A stretch of 64,000 nucleotides of DNA from Azolla caroliniana (lineage: Eukaryota > Plantae > Polypodiophyta). Numbering within the stretch: the first letter of the stretch is position 1; every line of letters starts with the position of its first letter. Below, one piece after another: positions 46,356-57,089 of this stretch. The stretch spans positions 11,284,001 to 11,348,000 of the forward strand of contig JBHGNT010000001.1 in NCBI GenBank assembly GCA_043228905.1, written 5' to 3'. The position numbers were made by a program, and so were the translations under genes. The notes under the pieces are model-generated. The model worked only from the letters and a program-made list of their open reading frames with translations. It had not been told where the DNA came from and did no database searches.

Positions 46356-49169
46356 GTCTTCAAGCACTTCGTCTTTGAACTTGATGGAGTATGCCCAAAC
46401 TTTCCGTGTACAATCATCTACGAATGTGATGAAGTACCAGGAGCCTCCTAGTGATGGATTTGGCATGGACCCACATATGTCTGTGTGCACGAGCCCTAGG
46501 GGTTGTCGTAACATCTCATAGTGGAGAGAGTGCGGACTTCGGGTATGTTTCCCATATCGACAATGGTCACAAAAGTCCTTCTTTGCCTGGAGTTTCGGAA
46601 TGTAGCCAACCAACATCAGCCGATCAAGTCCGGCTTGAGACATGTGGCCAAGTCGGCCATGCCATAAGTTTGTGTCGGTTTCCTCGGCTATGTTCACGGC
46701 CCCTTCAAGGTTGATCACCATCAATGGGTATAGATTATTATACTTATGCTCACTACCGATTTTGAGGTTTATGGCTATCTAGCACTCTTGCCCGTTTTCC
46801 AGTCAGACTGTGCCATTGGCATTGGCTGAATAGTTCAAGAACCATTCGATGTTGGGGGTCGTGTGAAATTTGGCGCCAGAGTCTAGTAGCCATGTGTGTG
46901 CAACTTGTGCACTGTAAAGGACTTCTCCGATCATTGGGTCCTCTAAGGAGAGGATTTCTCCAGATCGGGTGGCCGACTGGAGAGTGGTCGAAGTCGGAAC
47001 GTCCCGATTCCGCTCGGATCGTTGACCACTCTCTTTTCTTTTCATTGACCAACTGTCGGAAACATTGTGGCCAGCTTTCCTATAGTGTGTGCAATACTCA
47101 CTTGATTGGACCATTTTCGACTTCGACCGTTGTCGGTCACCCCTTGTTTTCGATCGGTTGTAGCGTCGATCGATGTCGTGAGGAATGTGCTTCATGATAT
47201 AAAAATGAGCTTATGTATTGTATTTAGTAGTATTTGAGAAACTTGAATCCACAACCTTATAAACCAAGCACAATGTATATACCACTGGGGTAGGCTATTT
47301 GGTTTTAGAAATGTTATGAAGAATGTGCTTCACTATATAAGAATAAACTTAAATATTATATTAAGTAAAATTGAGGAACTTGAACCCTCAACCTTGTATA
47401 TCAAGCACAAAGCATACACCACTAAGCTAAGTTATTTGTTTTAAGTATCCATCATTGTACTTATCCCATATATATTTTCATACATGGCAGCTCAAATGAG
47501 CATGAAGGCTATCATGCATCACATGCAATGCAAGTGCGCCAAATGGTGATCATGCATCACATGTAACTCATGCATTACATGCATGCCATGCTCCTACACG
47601 TTACCATATGCATAGCAATACTTATAAAAACAGGGGAAACAACAAAAGGAAATCAAGGAAGAGAAAGTTTGAGAATCAAACCCGAATCAAACAAATAAAT
47701 TAGCTTGTTGGTGAAGAGGCTCGTGTTTCCAAGTTGGAGTCAAGGGTTCGAATCAAGAGTTAGCAAAGAAAGAGTTCATCTTGCTATCAAGCGTTGTACA
47801 ACTGGTAAAATCATGTATTTTTAATATAAAGTTTGTTCTTATCATACCATTTCGATTCTTCAATCATACATCGTCTCTGTCTCTTATTCTTGCTCGTCTC
47901 TCTCTCGTACAATACTTTCAACTTTTGTTCTTGCTATGCTTAATCTTTGTGGTAAAATATTATCTTCTTAATATAAATCATGTTAATATCATATACTATT
48001 GCTTCTTGAGTCATATATTGTCTTTGTCTCTATTCTACGCTCGTCTCTTTGTCACACAATACTTCTAAACTCTTATTCTTCTTATCCTTAATCTTCCTAA
48101 CATTTGTGCGCAAGCCTTATAAAAGTTCCTTCAACTCTCCTTAACCTTAGTCCCTGCGACTTCGCCGTACGAACCACAACTACCTTGGCACCGATTCTGT
48201 CGGCTTGTTCGTTCATTCGACTCTGTCGGTCGAACGACTCGATCGAGTGATGGGCTTCTGCCGACTCATCGATTTTCGCCTGATGTCCTCTGTAAGGACT
48301 TGGCCGATTGTTTCGTCCAAGTTTAGGATTGGTCGACTATTGGCGTATGTCGTGCAAAATACCTCCCAACTCATTGGCAAGGTCGACAGGAAGGCAAGGG
48401 CTTTCACTTCTTCTTTGAAGTTGATCCCTTGTGACGAGAGCTCAGACAACACTCGACTGAAGGTGTTGATGTGGGAGGTCGCCGAATCAGTCTTTTTCAT
48501 CTTCATATTGAATAGTTGTTTGATCAAAATTAATTTCGAAGATGAGGACTTGTTCTCATAGACGGCCTGTAGTTTCTCCCACAATGAGAACGATGTCGTC
48601 TGTTTTGCCATGCTGAAGTTGACGTTTTCGGCTAGGTGCATTCAGATGGTGGATCATGCTATTTTGTCCACTGATCTCCACTCTTTTGCTGTCATCGAAG
48701 CAGGCTTTTCGTTGTGCCGAATGGCTTCAACTTGTCTTCAGATGATCAACACATCCTGCATCATCTCCTTCCATAGGGCATAATTTTTGTCATCGAACTT
48801 TCTGATTTCAACTCATGTTTCGGATGTTGAAGCCATATTCCTTTTATGAAAATAAGATTTCTAACCTGGCCTTTTCCTCTCAGCTTCTTCTGTTGTCTCT
48901 TGCCGCCGTGCAGCAAGGTCACTCTGATACCAGTTGTGGATGCATAGAAAACAACACACACAGAAAATACAGTGAATCGAGACTTAGATAGTAAATTGAG
49001 CTTTAATGGAAAGCTTCTTATTACTTCGTTCTCTCTCAGAGATACAATACTCTTCTCGTCATCAATCATTACAATGTTAGGTATTCACTTAAATACTAAG
49101 CCCTAACTTATTAATGAGTTCACACTCGAACGGATACCATTTGGGAGGAGTCGGCCTTTTATGCCAACA
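46356..49169 (-). mobile_element. Truncated Ty1/copia element D (5' LTR, PBS, gag, PR, part of INT); related to E
   Basis: LTR at 48935-49169 begins TGTTGGCATAAAAGG as in E. PBS at 48922-48932; WLLDSGA; LWHGRLGH; VHTD. Ends abruptly at 46356. Confidence 0.88.
47174..48190 (+). mobile_element. Solo LTR 2 (TGTCGTGA-type) inserted in copia D gag
   Basis: TGTCGTGA...CA ends with a 4-bp TSD TCGA/CCGA; removing it rejoins the gag frame (RIGRRYNRS). TATA at 47623. Same internal layout as solo LTR 1. Confidence 0.78.
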
Positions 49170-49639
49170 AACGGGTGCGTAACCCAATACGTAGATTGGG
49201 TGTGTAAAACCGTACGCAAAATATGGCCGTGGCAGTGTTTAAACCAAGAGGCCGTTAGAATGCTATTCCTCGTAAGGAATATTTTTGGGGGTTAGTATAG
49301 AAGGCTCATTTATGAGCGGTCAAGTACTGTCAATACTTGTGTCAGCCCAATAGTCAGGGCTTGTATAAAAGGTGCTCACTGAGCACAAAATATGTACAGA
49401 GAACATACAAAGAATTATTTTTGAATATATTTTTGGTGTTTCTGCCCTCTTTGTCTCTCCCTCTCCTTCTCTGTGTTTCATTGAACTCTCGTACTTCCGA
49501 ACCGGGTACTCTATGTTCTTACGTATACGCATCCGCACACGTATTCTTTTACAGAAAGTATCTAGATATCTTATTCGTGTACTAAAACCTAACTTCGAGA
49601 AGTGCAAGAAGTGTTCCTTATAGTCCAACATTTTAGATG

Positions 49640-50100
49640 GGAGTGGCTCGCGTGGGGTGATCCATGTATATCGAGTGTAAATTTGTCATATTTCTTGGCG
49701 TATTACTTTATTACGGTCTTCATGAGATATTAAAGTTTGATCAATCCCATGGTTGTACTTACGGGGAGGTAGGTTATTAATGTCTATGCCATTTGCAAGT
49801 AACCAACTCACTACAGTGTTATACCAAGAGCTATTGTCTCCAGATGCATATAGGGATCGGGATGCCTCAAAGGCTCGACGGGAGATCCTATCTTGTGCTT
49901 GGCTATGTATCCGATGAATAAAAACTACCACTTGGAAAAGTGCTTCTACTAACATCGGGGGCAAACTGAACTCTGGTCTAATAATGTCATGTGGTATTAT
50001 CGATTTGCTTTGGAGTTGACGTGATAACATCATCACCAAAGGTCTCCCTAATTGCGTCCACGTGAAAGATGGTAGACCTAGAGCCCATACTACTGATATC
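49640..50100 (-). pseudogene. Probable non-LTR (LINE) ORF2 post-RT fragment
   Basis: SVVWA...PHDIIRPEFSLPP...SWY resembles LINE C-terminal regions; recognised from memory only. Confidence 0.45.
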
Positions 50101-50331
50101 GAGGTCGTTGCCTCAGAGTTTCATATTGTACTTCCTCTCATAATAGTGATCTGTTTGGAGTTTGTGGACTCCACATCCTTTTGCCCCTTTTTGGGTTTTC
50201 CACGTTAAATATCCGTGTCTCGTTTGTGAGTCTTGCATTTCTTCTTTTTTCTTGTCTGGGCATTTTCTTCTTTTTTCTTTGCACTCGAATAAGTACACGA
50301 GAAACCGGTTATGGTCGGTCATGATCCTAAC
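50099..50331 (+). repeat. R-U5 fragment of an LTR related to copia A/B
   Basis: Shares GAGGTCGTTGCCTC, ATAGTGAT, TTGGAGTTTG.GGACTCC and GGGTTTTCCACGT with the A/B LTRs; ends ...AACA. Confidence 0.7.
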
Positions 50332-50403
50332 ACTTTACCCACCCCATTCCACTATTGTTCTTCGGAAACCCCTTGCCCTCCCTTCACCGGCCACTTGAAC
50401 TAA

Positions 50404-51440
50404 ATGCCAATGGGCTTTGTAGTTCGCCCAAGTCGAATGGCTGGACCCCGTTCCTTCACAGACCTTGACATCCCCACAGCCGACACAAACAAGGGCCAGG
50501 CCTCCAAAATTTCGAAAGATACCAGGCTAACTTTTCCGAATCTGCCAATAGAGGCTTTTGAGCTCGGTGCCATTTTGCGGCACGACACTTCCTACGAGCA
50601 CATCGACCTCCTCACCCGATTACAAATAACGGCCATAGCGTGCATGACCGAAGAGCATGCAGATAGGGCAATGGTTCAGAGGGCTATCACCAGTGAACTA
50701 GAGTTTGATGAAGAGGCAGCCATGAGAAAATCAGCTGAAAATGATAGAAGAGGAGCAGCCACCTCCTCATAGAGCTACCCGAGTTAAACACGACCCTGGT
50801 AGACGTTTACTGGGAACTGGAGAAAAGGACCCGGGCGGTTAAAGATATGGCTTCAAGCAGTAAACAAGTGTGCAAGCAAGCAAAAAAGGCCACAAAGATC
50901 TAACAGGCTTCAGAAGCCCGAGTGGCGGAGCTCGAATGGAAGCTCTAGGAAATAGGAAGCTTTGGCCAAGTCGACCATCTCACCCTCCCCGCTCCCTACA
51001 CCGATTACGCGGACGGAAACCACACCGAGGAAATTTAGCCCTCAGCTACAACCACCAACCATGAGACACCCCTCCCCACCGACACGACATCGGCATCACC
51101 ACCAAACTACAAAGAAGAATTGGAAGCCTGGAAGGCGATTGCCGAAAAGGCCAAACAACGGTACCAGGAGGCCAAGGAGGAAATCCACCGACTACACGAG
51201 CAAGCTCAGAAACACGAAGCCGAACTACAACAAAACCTCGACTCCTAGACGACTGAATATAAGCACAACCTCCAAGAAACGGAAGCGAAGGCTGCAGTAG
51301 CTCTTCAAGCCGCCAACGACGAATCGTCTGCCAAACTCCAAGAAATGGAAGCAAAGGTCATGGTAGCTCTTCATGCCACCAACAACGAATCAACTGCCAA
51401 ACTACAAGACTTGGAAGAAGGGTACCAACGAGCCTAGTGT
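50404..51440 (+). pseudogene. Decayed ORF of unknown TE-like coiled-coil protein
   Basis: Coding-like stretch with stops and E/A/K-rich heptads, and a duplication of about 66 bp at 51296-51415. No domain recognised. Confidence 0.3.
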
Positions 51441-51613
51441 ATTAAGAATGATGAACTACTTACTCTCCAATGTGAGTGTTGGCATGAAAGGCTGACTCCT
51501 TCCATTTTGTACCGTGGTGTGAACTCGTCCATATAGTTAGGGCTTAGCACATGCGCGATAACCTAACATTGTAAAGAGGGGGTTTTTTCGCTTGATCATT
51601 CGTGTACAGAGTC

Positions 51614-51666
<53 letters not shown>

Positions 51667-52253
51667 AGAAATAAAAGAGCTTCCATTACAGCTTCATTTG
51701 TGTATCTAACATCTGTCTATATCTTCTTGTGCTCCTTTTGTGTTGTTTGCTAAGCATAACAAATAGGTTCTCACATATGTTTCGGCATATTTGTCCATTA
51801 ACTGGTATCAGAGTAATCCGCAGCTCGGCGACAACAAATAGCAGAAAAAGCTGAAAGGAAAAATACCAAGTTAGCAAATCTCACTTTCAGAAGAATCATG
51901 GCATCTGTTGGGATTACGGTCCCTCTGGATGGGATGGTCAGATGTCCGGGAATCGGGAATGAAGACCCCGGCTACGGAGCCGGATGATGAAGACCCCGGC
52001 TACGGAGCCGGATGATGAAGACCCGGTTCCGGATCCGGATGATGAAGACCCCGGCTACGGAGCCGGATGACGAATGTACCCGGAGAGAGATCCGGATGCG
52101 GGGACATATTTGTGAATATGTTTGCCAAGGGCCCTTGAGGCTATATTTGTAAATAGCCCGAAAGTCATATGTGTATAAATATGACTTAGGGCAAACAGTT
52201 TTGTGGTTACTCATTTTTCTGGTTTTTTCACTTAGAGAGAGCTAAGTGAGCAG

Positions 52254-52308
<55 letters not shown>

Positions 52309-52603
52309 GAAGAGGTCGTTGCCTCTGTGTATTACCGCCGCCTGTGGCGAAGACAGTGAGCTCAAGGTTGTTGCCTTGTAGCTTCACCATTGTACATCTC
52401 TGTTTATAGTGATAGTTGGAGTTTGAGGACTCCCGTGGTTTTTTCCCATTTAGGGTTTTCCACGTGAAACATCCTGTGTACTCTTCTCTCTATTGTCTTT
52501 GTGCATTTTGTATTTCCTGTTTTCTGGGAGTTGATCCTATTCCTCGGTTGTGACCAAGCACTGTGTTCAACAAAGTGGTATCAGAGCGACGGTAACACAG
52601 AAA

Positions 52604-54883
52604 ATGGAAGGCGGCGGTAGTGGGCCTCCGGGCATGATGGTGTTGAACGCACAGAACTACGCCGACTGGAAGATAAAGATGGAAGACCTTCTCATCGTCC
52701 GAGACCTGTATGAACCGATCGACAATGCCGAGATACCCAAGGGGGTAATAGAGTCGGAGTGGAAGCTCCTGAACCGGAAAGCCGTAGTGACGATCCGGCA
52801 ATATGTCGATGTAAGTGTTCTGCAACATGTGGCGAACGATACGAACGCCTATGAGATGTGGCAGAAGCTGTCCGGACTGTATGAGAGGAAGAATGCTCTG
52901 ACCCGGACCTCCCTGATGAGGAAGATAGTGAATCTTAAGTACCGGGACGGCGAGAGCATGGTCGAACACGTCAGCACGTTCATGGGATTCGTGAACCAGC
53001 TTGCGGCGATCAAGTTCCCGTTGGATGACGCAATGCAAGCCATCATGCTGATGTGTACCCTTCCGGAGAGCTGGGAGAACTTGGTAGTTACTCTCAGCAC
53101 CTCCTGTAAGGAAGAGAACTTGTCTTTACTAACGGTAAAGACAAGTATTCTAAATGAAGAAGCGCGTCGGAGAGATAAAGAACCGGCCTCCGACTCGAAG
53201 GCGCTGCTTACCGAATCGGATTGGGGAAGACAACGGAACCGGAGTCCGCAAAGACGGGAGAAGTCGGGGACACGGTCGCAGTCGAGGGGAAGACCTACAT
53301 GCTTCTACTGTGGGAAGCTGGGACACTTCCAGAAGAACTATCGGCATTTCCGGAAAGACAACGGAACCAACGGTACCGATTCGAAGAAGTCACCGGAGCG
53401 AAACGGTGCATACCGGGGAGCCACGGACCGGAGAGGTCCGGATCGGCGAGGGCATGACCGGAAAGGAATGACGGCACTCGCGGCAAGTGAAGAAGAGATA
53501 ATGCTCATTACCGAAGAGAGGGAGCTGAACCTTGCCGGTGAAGAGATGACCTGGGTGGTCGATTCCGGAGCGTCATTCCACCTGACCCCGGAGAAGAAAT
53601 ACTTCTCATCCTACACAGCCGGTGAGCACGGCTGTGTTCGGATGGGAAATGAAGGTACATGCCGGATTGCCGGCATAGGAGACGTGTGGCTGATGACATC
53701 AACCGGATGCAAGATGCTGCTGAAGGATGTCCGACACGTTCCGGAGGTTCGATTGAACCTGATTTCGGCCGGGAGGCTAGACGATGAAGGCTACACGGGT
53801 AGCATCCGGAACGGCGTAATGAAGTTCAGTAAGGGGAGCCTGATAGTGGCTCGAGCCCGGAAAGTCAACACACTGTACCTTATGAATGCCTGGTTGTGTC
53901 CGGAGGAGTTGAACGTGGCAACCAACACTGCCGGTGAGCTGTGGCACAAGAGACTGTGCCACATGAGTGAGAAGGGGATGAAGAGGCTTGCAGAAGACAA
54001 CCTTATTCTAGTGAAGCATGTGCACCTGGAGAAGTGCACCGATTGCCTGGCCGGTAAGCAGAACCGAACCTCCTTCCACTCAAGGCCACCGACGAGACGT
54101 AGCGCACCATTGGAGTTGGTGCACACTGACGTGTGTCAAGTAGAAACGAAGTCACATGGCGGAGCCCAGTACTTCGTGACATTCATTGATGACCACAGCC
54201 GGAAGCTGTGGACGGCACCGTTGAAGACAAAGGACCAAGTGTTGTGCATCTTCAAAGAACTCCACGTGAGAGTGGAAAGGGAATCCGGCAAGAAGCTGAA
54301 AGCGATACGAGCGGATAACGGAGGGGAATACCGGGGGCAGTTCGAGGAGTACTGTCGCTCGAAGGGAATCCGGCTCGAGTTTACTGTGCCGACGACGCCG
54401 GAACTGAACGGGCTGGCCGAGAGGATGAACCGGACCATAATGGAGAGGGTCTGGAGTATGCTGGCGCATGCGAAATTACCCAAGGGGTTTTGGGCTGAGG
54501 CAATGTCAACGGCGACATACGTGATAAACAGATCACCCTCAGTACCTTTGGACGGAGACACGCCGCAGAGAGTGTGGACCGGTAGGGAAGTATCCTACCG
54601 GCATCTGAAGGTGTTCGGGTGTCTCGCATATGTGCATGTGGCAAAGGACCGGAGAGGAAAGCTAGATCCAAAGACCCGGCCATGCATATTCCTCGGTTAC
54701 GGCGATGACGAGTTCGGCTACCGAGTATGGGACCCGGTCATGCATATGGGAGCCGGTTACCGAAGCTCCGGAACGGAGATATCCTCTAAGAGAGAGAAGG
54801 GCCCCCCGGAGATTTCCGGAACCAGAGCACGTGCTGCTAACCGACGAGGGGGAGCCGGAGAGTTTCGAAGAAGCGAAGCTTGA
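52604..54883 (+). CDS. Copia B Gag-PR-INT ORF (truncated by an internal deletion)
   Basis: Near-identical to the A protein up to RVWDPV; the knuckle's last Cys is mutated to Tyr. Confidence 0.88.
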   Translation: MEGGGSGPPGMMVLNAQNYADWKIKMEDLLIVRDLYEPIDNAEIPKGVIESEWKLLNRKAVVTIRQYVDVSVLQHVANDTNAYEMWQKLSGLYERKNALTRTSLMRKIVNLKYRDGESMVEHVSTFMGFVNQLAAIKFPLDDAMQAIMLMCTLPESWENLVVTLSTSCKEENLSLLTVKTSILNEEARRRDKEPASDSKALLTESDWGRQRNRSPQRREKSGTRSQSRGRPTCFYCGKLGHFQKNYRHFRKDNGTNGTDSKKSPERNGAYRGATDRRGPDRRGHDRKGMTALAASEEEIMLITEERELNLAGEEMTWVVDSGASFHLTPEKKYFSSYTAGEHGCVRMGNEGTCRIAGIGDVWLMTSTGCKMLLKDVRHVPEVRLNLISAGRLDDEGYTGSIRNGVMKFSKGSLIVARARKVNTLYLMNAWLCPEELNVATNTAGELWHKRLCHMSEKGMKRLAEDNLILVKHVHLEKCTDCLAGKQNRTSFHSRPPTRRSAPLELVHTDVCQVETKSHGGAQYFVTFIDDHSRKLWTAPLKTKDQVLCIFKELHVRVERESGKKLKAIRADNGGEYRGQFEEYCRSKGIRLEFTVPTTPELNGLAERMNRTIMERVWSMLAHAKLPKGFWAEAMSTATYVINRSPSVPLDGDTPQRVWTGREVSYRHLKVFGCLAYVHVAKDRRGKLDPKTRPCIFLGYGDDEFGYRVWDPVMHMGAGYRSSGTEISSKREKGPPEISGTRARAANRRGGAGEFRRSEA

Positions 54884-56423
54884 CACCCATAGCCGCAGGT
54901 GGTTAAGTGCCATGCAGGAGGAGATGGATTCCCTGCATGAGAACCACACATATGAACTTGTGGAGTTGCCGAAAGGAAAGCGGGCACTTCGAAACAAGTG
55001 GGTGTTCAAGCTGAAACCGGGAGATGCCGGAAACCCCCCGAGATACAAAGCCAGGATCGTGGTGAAGGGGTTCCAGCAGAAGAAGGGCGTCGACTTCAAC
55101 GAGATATTTGCCCCGGTAGTGAAGATGACCTCCATCCGGACGGTGCTGAGCATAGCGGCAAGCATGGACCTCGAGGTAGAACAGATGGACGTGAAGACGG
55201 CATTCCTTCACTGTGACCTCGAAGAAGAGATCTACATGCAGCAACCGGAAGGATTCGAGAAGAAAGGGAAGGAGCACCTGGTATGCCGGTTGAAGAAGAG
55301 CCTTTACGGACTGAAGCAGGCTCCCCGGCAATGGTACCGGAAGTTCGACTCTTTCATGACCGACGAAGGGTACCACAAAACGCAGTCCGATCACTGCGTG
55401 TTTGTGAAGAAGTTCGAAGGAGGAGACTTTCTAATACTCCTCCTGTACGTGGACGACAAGTTGATCGTCGGACGGGACCAGGTCAAGATACGGATGCTGA
55501 AGAAAGCGCTTCACCGAACCTTCTCAATGAAGGACCTGGGTCCGGCGAGGCAAATACTAGGGATGCACATCATCCGGGACCGGAAGAAGAAGCAGTTGTG
55601 GCTGTCACAGGAGAAGTATGTGACAAAGGTGCTTCACCGGTTCAACATGTCGGAAGCAAGACCGGTCGGGTCAACCCTCCCGGCAAACTGCAAGTTGTCC
55701 AGCAAGCAAAGCCCCAAGACAAAGGCTGAGAAGGAGGACATGATGAAAGTACCATATGCCTCTACCGTCAGAAGCTTGATGTACGCAATGGTGTGTACAA
55801 GACCGGACATAGGATATGCAGTCGGAGTGGTGAGCCGGTACATGAGCAATCCCGGCAAAGAGCACTGGAACGCGGCCAAGTGGATACTCCGATACCTGAA
55901 GGGCACGACAAACGTGTGCCTCCGATTCGGCTCCGGTAAGCCCGAACTCGACGGCTTTACCGATTCGGATATGTCGGCTGATGCAGATACCAGCCGGTCC
56001 ACATTAGGGTATGTGATGACGTATGCAGGGGGAGCTGTTTCGTGGCAGTTGAGGCTGCAGAAGACGGTTGTGTTGTCAACCACGGAGGTGGAGTACATGG
56101 CGGCTGTTGAAGCCGGCAAGGAAATAATATGGATGAAGGACTTCATTAGAGAGCTCGGTATCTGGCAGGAGGAGTACCGACTCTACTGCGACAGTCAGAG
56201 TGCCATCCACCTTGCGAAGAACGCGGCCTATCACTCCCGGACGAAGCACATCCAGCGAAGATATCACTGGATCTGGGAAAGGATAGAAAACCAGGAGTTC
56301 GTGCTGACGAAGATCCACACGGACGAGAACGGGTCAGATATGCTGACCAAAGTGCTCACACCCGACAAGCTGGAAGCGTGCCGGAAGAGGGTCGGACTGG
56401 AAAGACATCCCATGCCGAAGTGA
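54753..56423 (+). CDS. Copia B RT-RNase H (separated from INT by a frameshift)
   Basis: Same motifs as A, with substitutions such as YVDDK and FLHC. Confidence 0.85.
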   Translation, partial: PVTEAPERRYPLRERRAPRRFPEPEHVLLTDEGEPESFEEAKLDTHSRRWLSAMQEEMDSLHENHTYELVELPKGKRALRNKWVFKLKPGDAGNPPRYKARIVVKGFQQKKGVDFNEIFAPVVKMTSIRTVLSIAASMDLEVEQMDVKTAFLHCDLEEEIYMQQPEGFEKKGKEHLVCRLKKSLYGLKQAPRQWYRKFDSFMTDEGYHKTQSDHCVFVKKFEGGDFLILLLYVDDKLIVGRDQVKIRMLKKALHRTFSMKDLGPARQILGMHIIRDRKKKQLWLSQEKYVTKVLHRFNMSEARPVGSTLPANCKLSSKQSPKTKAEKEDMMKVPYASTVRSLMYAMVCTRPDIGYAVGVVSRYMSNPGKEHWNAAKWILRYLKGTTNVCLRFGSGKPELDGFTDSDMSADADTSRSTLGYVMTYAGGAVSWQLRLQKTVVLSTTEVEYMAAVEAGKEIIWMKDFIRELGIWQEEYRLYCDSQSAIHLAKNAAYHSRTKHIQRRYHWIWERIENQEFVLTKIHTDENGSDMLTKVLTPDKLEACRKRVGLERHPMPK

Positions 56424-56809
56424 AGGGGGAGTTTGTTGGGATTACGGTCCCTCCGGATGGGATGGTCAGATGTCCGGGAATCGGGAATGAAGACCCCGGC
56501 TACGGAGCCGGATGATGAAGACCCCGGCTACGGAGCCGGATGATGAAGACCCGGTTCCGGATCCGGATGATGAAGACCCCGGCTACGGAGCCGGATGATG
56601 AAGACCCCGGCTACGGAGCCGGATGACGAATGTACCCGGAGAGAGATCCGGATGCGGGGACATATTTGTGAATATGTTTGCCAAGGGCCCTTGAGGCTAT
56701 ATTTGTAAATAGCCCGAAAGTCATATGTGTATAAATATGACTTAGGGCAAACAGTTTTGTGGTTACTCATTTTTCTGGTTTTTTCACTTAGAGAGAGCTA
56801 AGTGAGCAG

Positions 56810-56844
<35 letters not shown>

Positions 56845-57064
56845 GAAGAGGTCGTTGCCTCTGTGTATTACCGCCGCCTGTGGCGAAGACAGTGAGCTCA
56901 AGGTTGTTGCCTTGTAGCTTCACCATTGTACATCTCTGTTTATAGTGATAGTTGGAGTTTGAGGACTCCCGTGGTTTTTTCCCATTTAGGGTTTTCCACG
57001 TGAAACATCCTGTGTACTCTTCTCTCTATTGTCTTTGTGCATTTTGTATTTCCTGTTTTCTGGG

Positions 57065-57089
57065 TTTAGGGTTTAGGGTTTAGGGTTTA
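57065..57089 (+). repeat. Interstitial telomeric repeat (TTTAGGG)3TTTA
   Basis: Perfect Arabidopsis-type repeats directly after the LTR ...TCTGGG. Confidence 0.95.

Larger units (their letters stand above)
51906..57064 (+). mobile_element. Ty1/copia element B, sister of A; 3' LTR truncated
   Basis: 5' LTR 51906-52572, PBS 52576-52587, PPT, 3' LTR 56434-57064 lacking its last 44 bp. The left target site GCATC has no right-hand copy. Confidence 0.97.

Noticed and set aside
57065-57089. True chromosome end or ancient chromosome fusion
   Set aside because: There are only 3.5 repeats in one orientation, and both sides belong to the same element E with matching TSDs.
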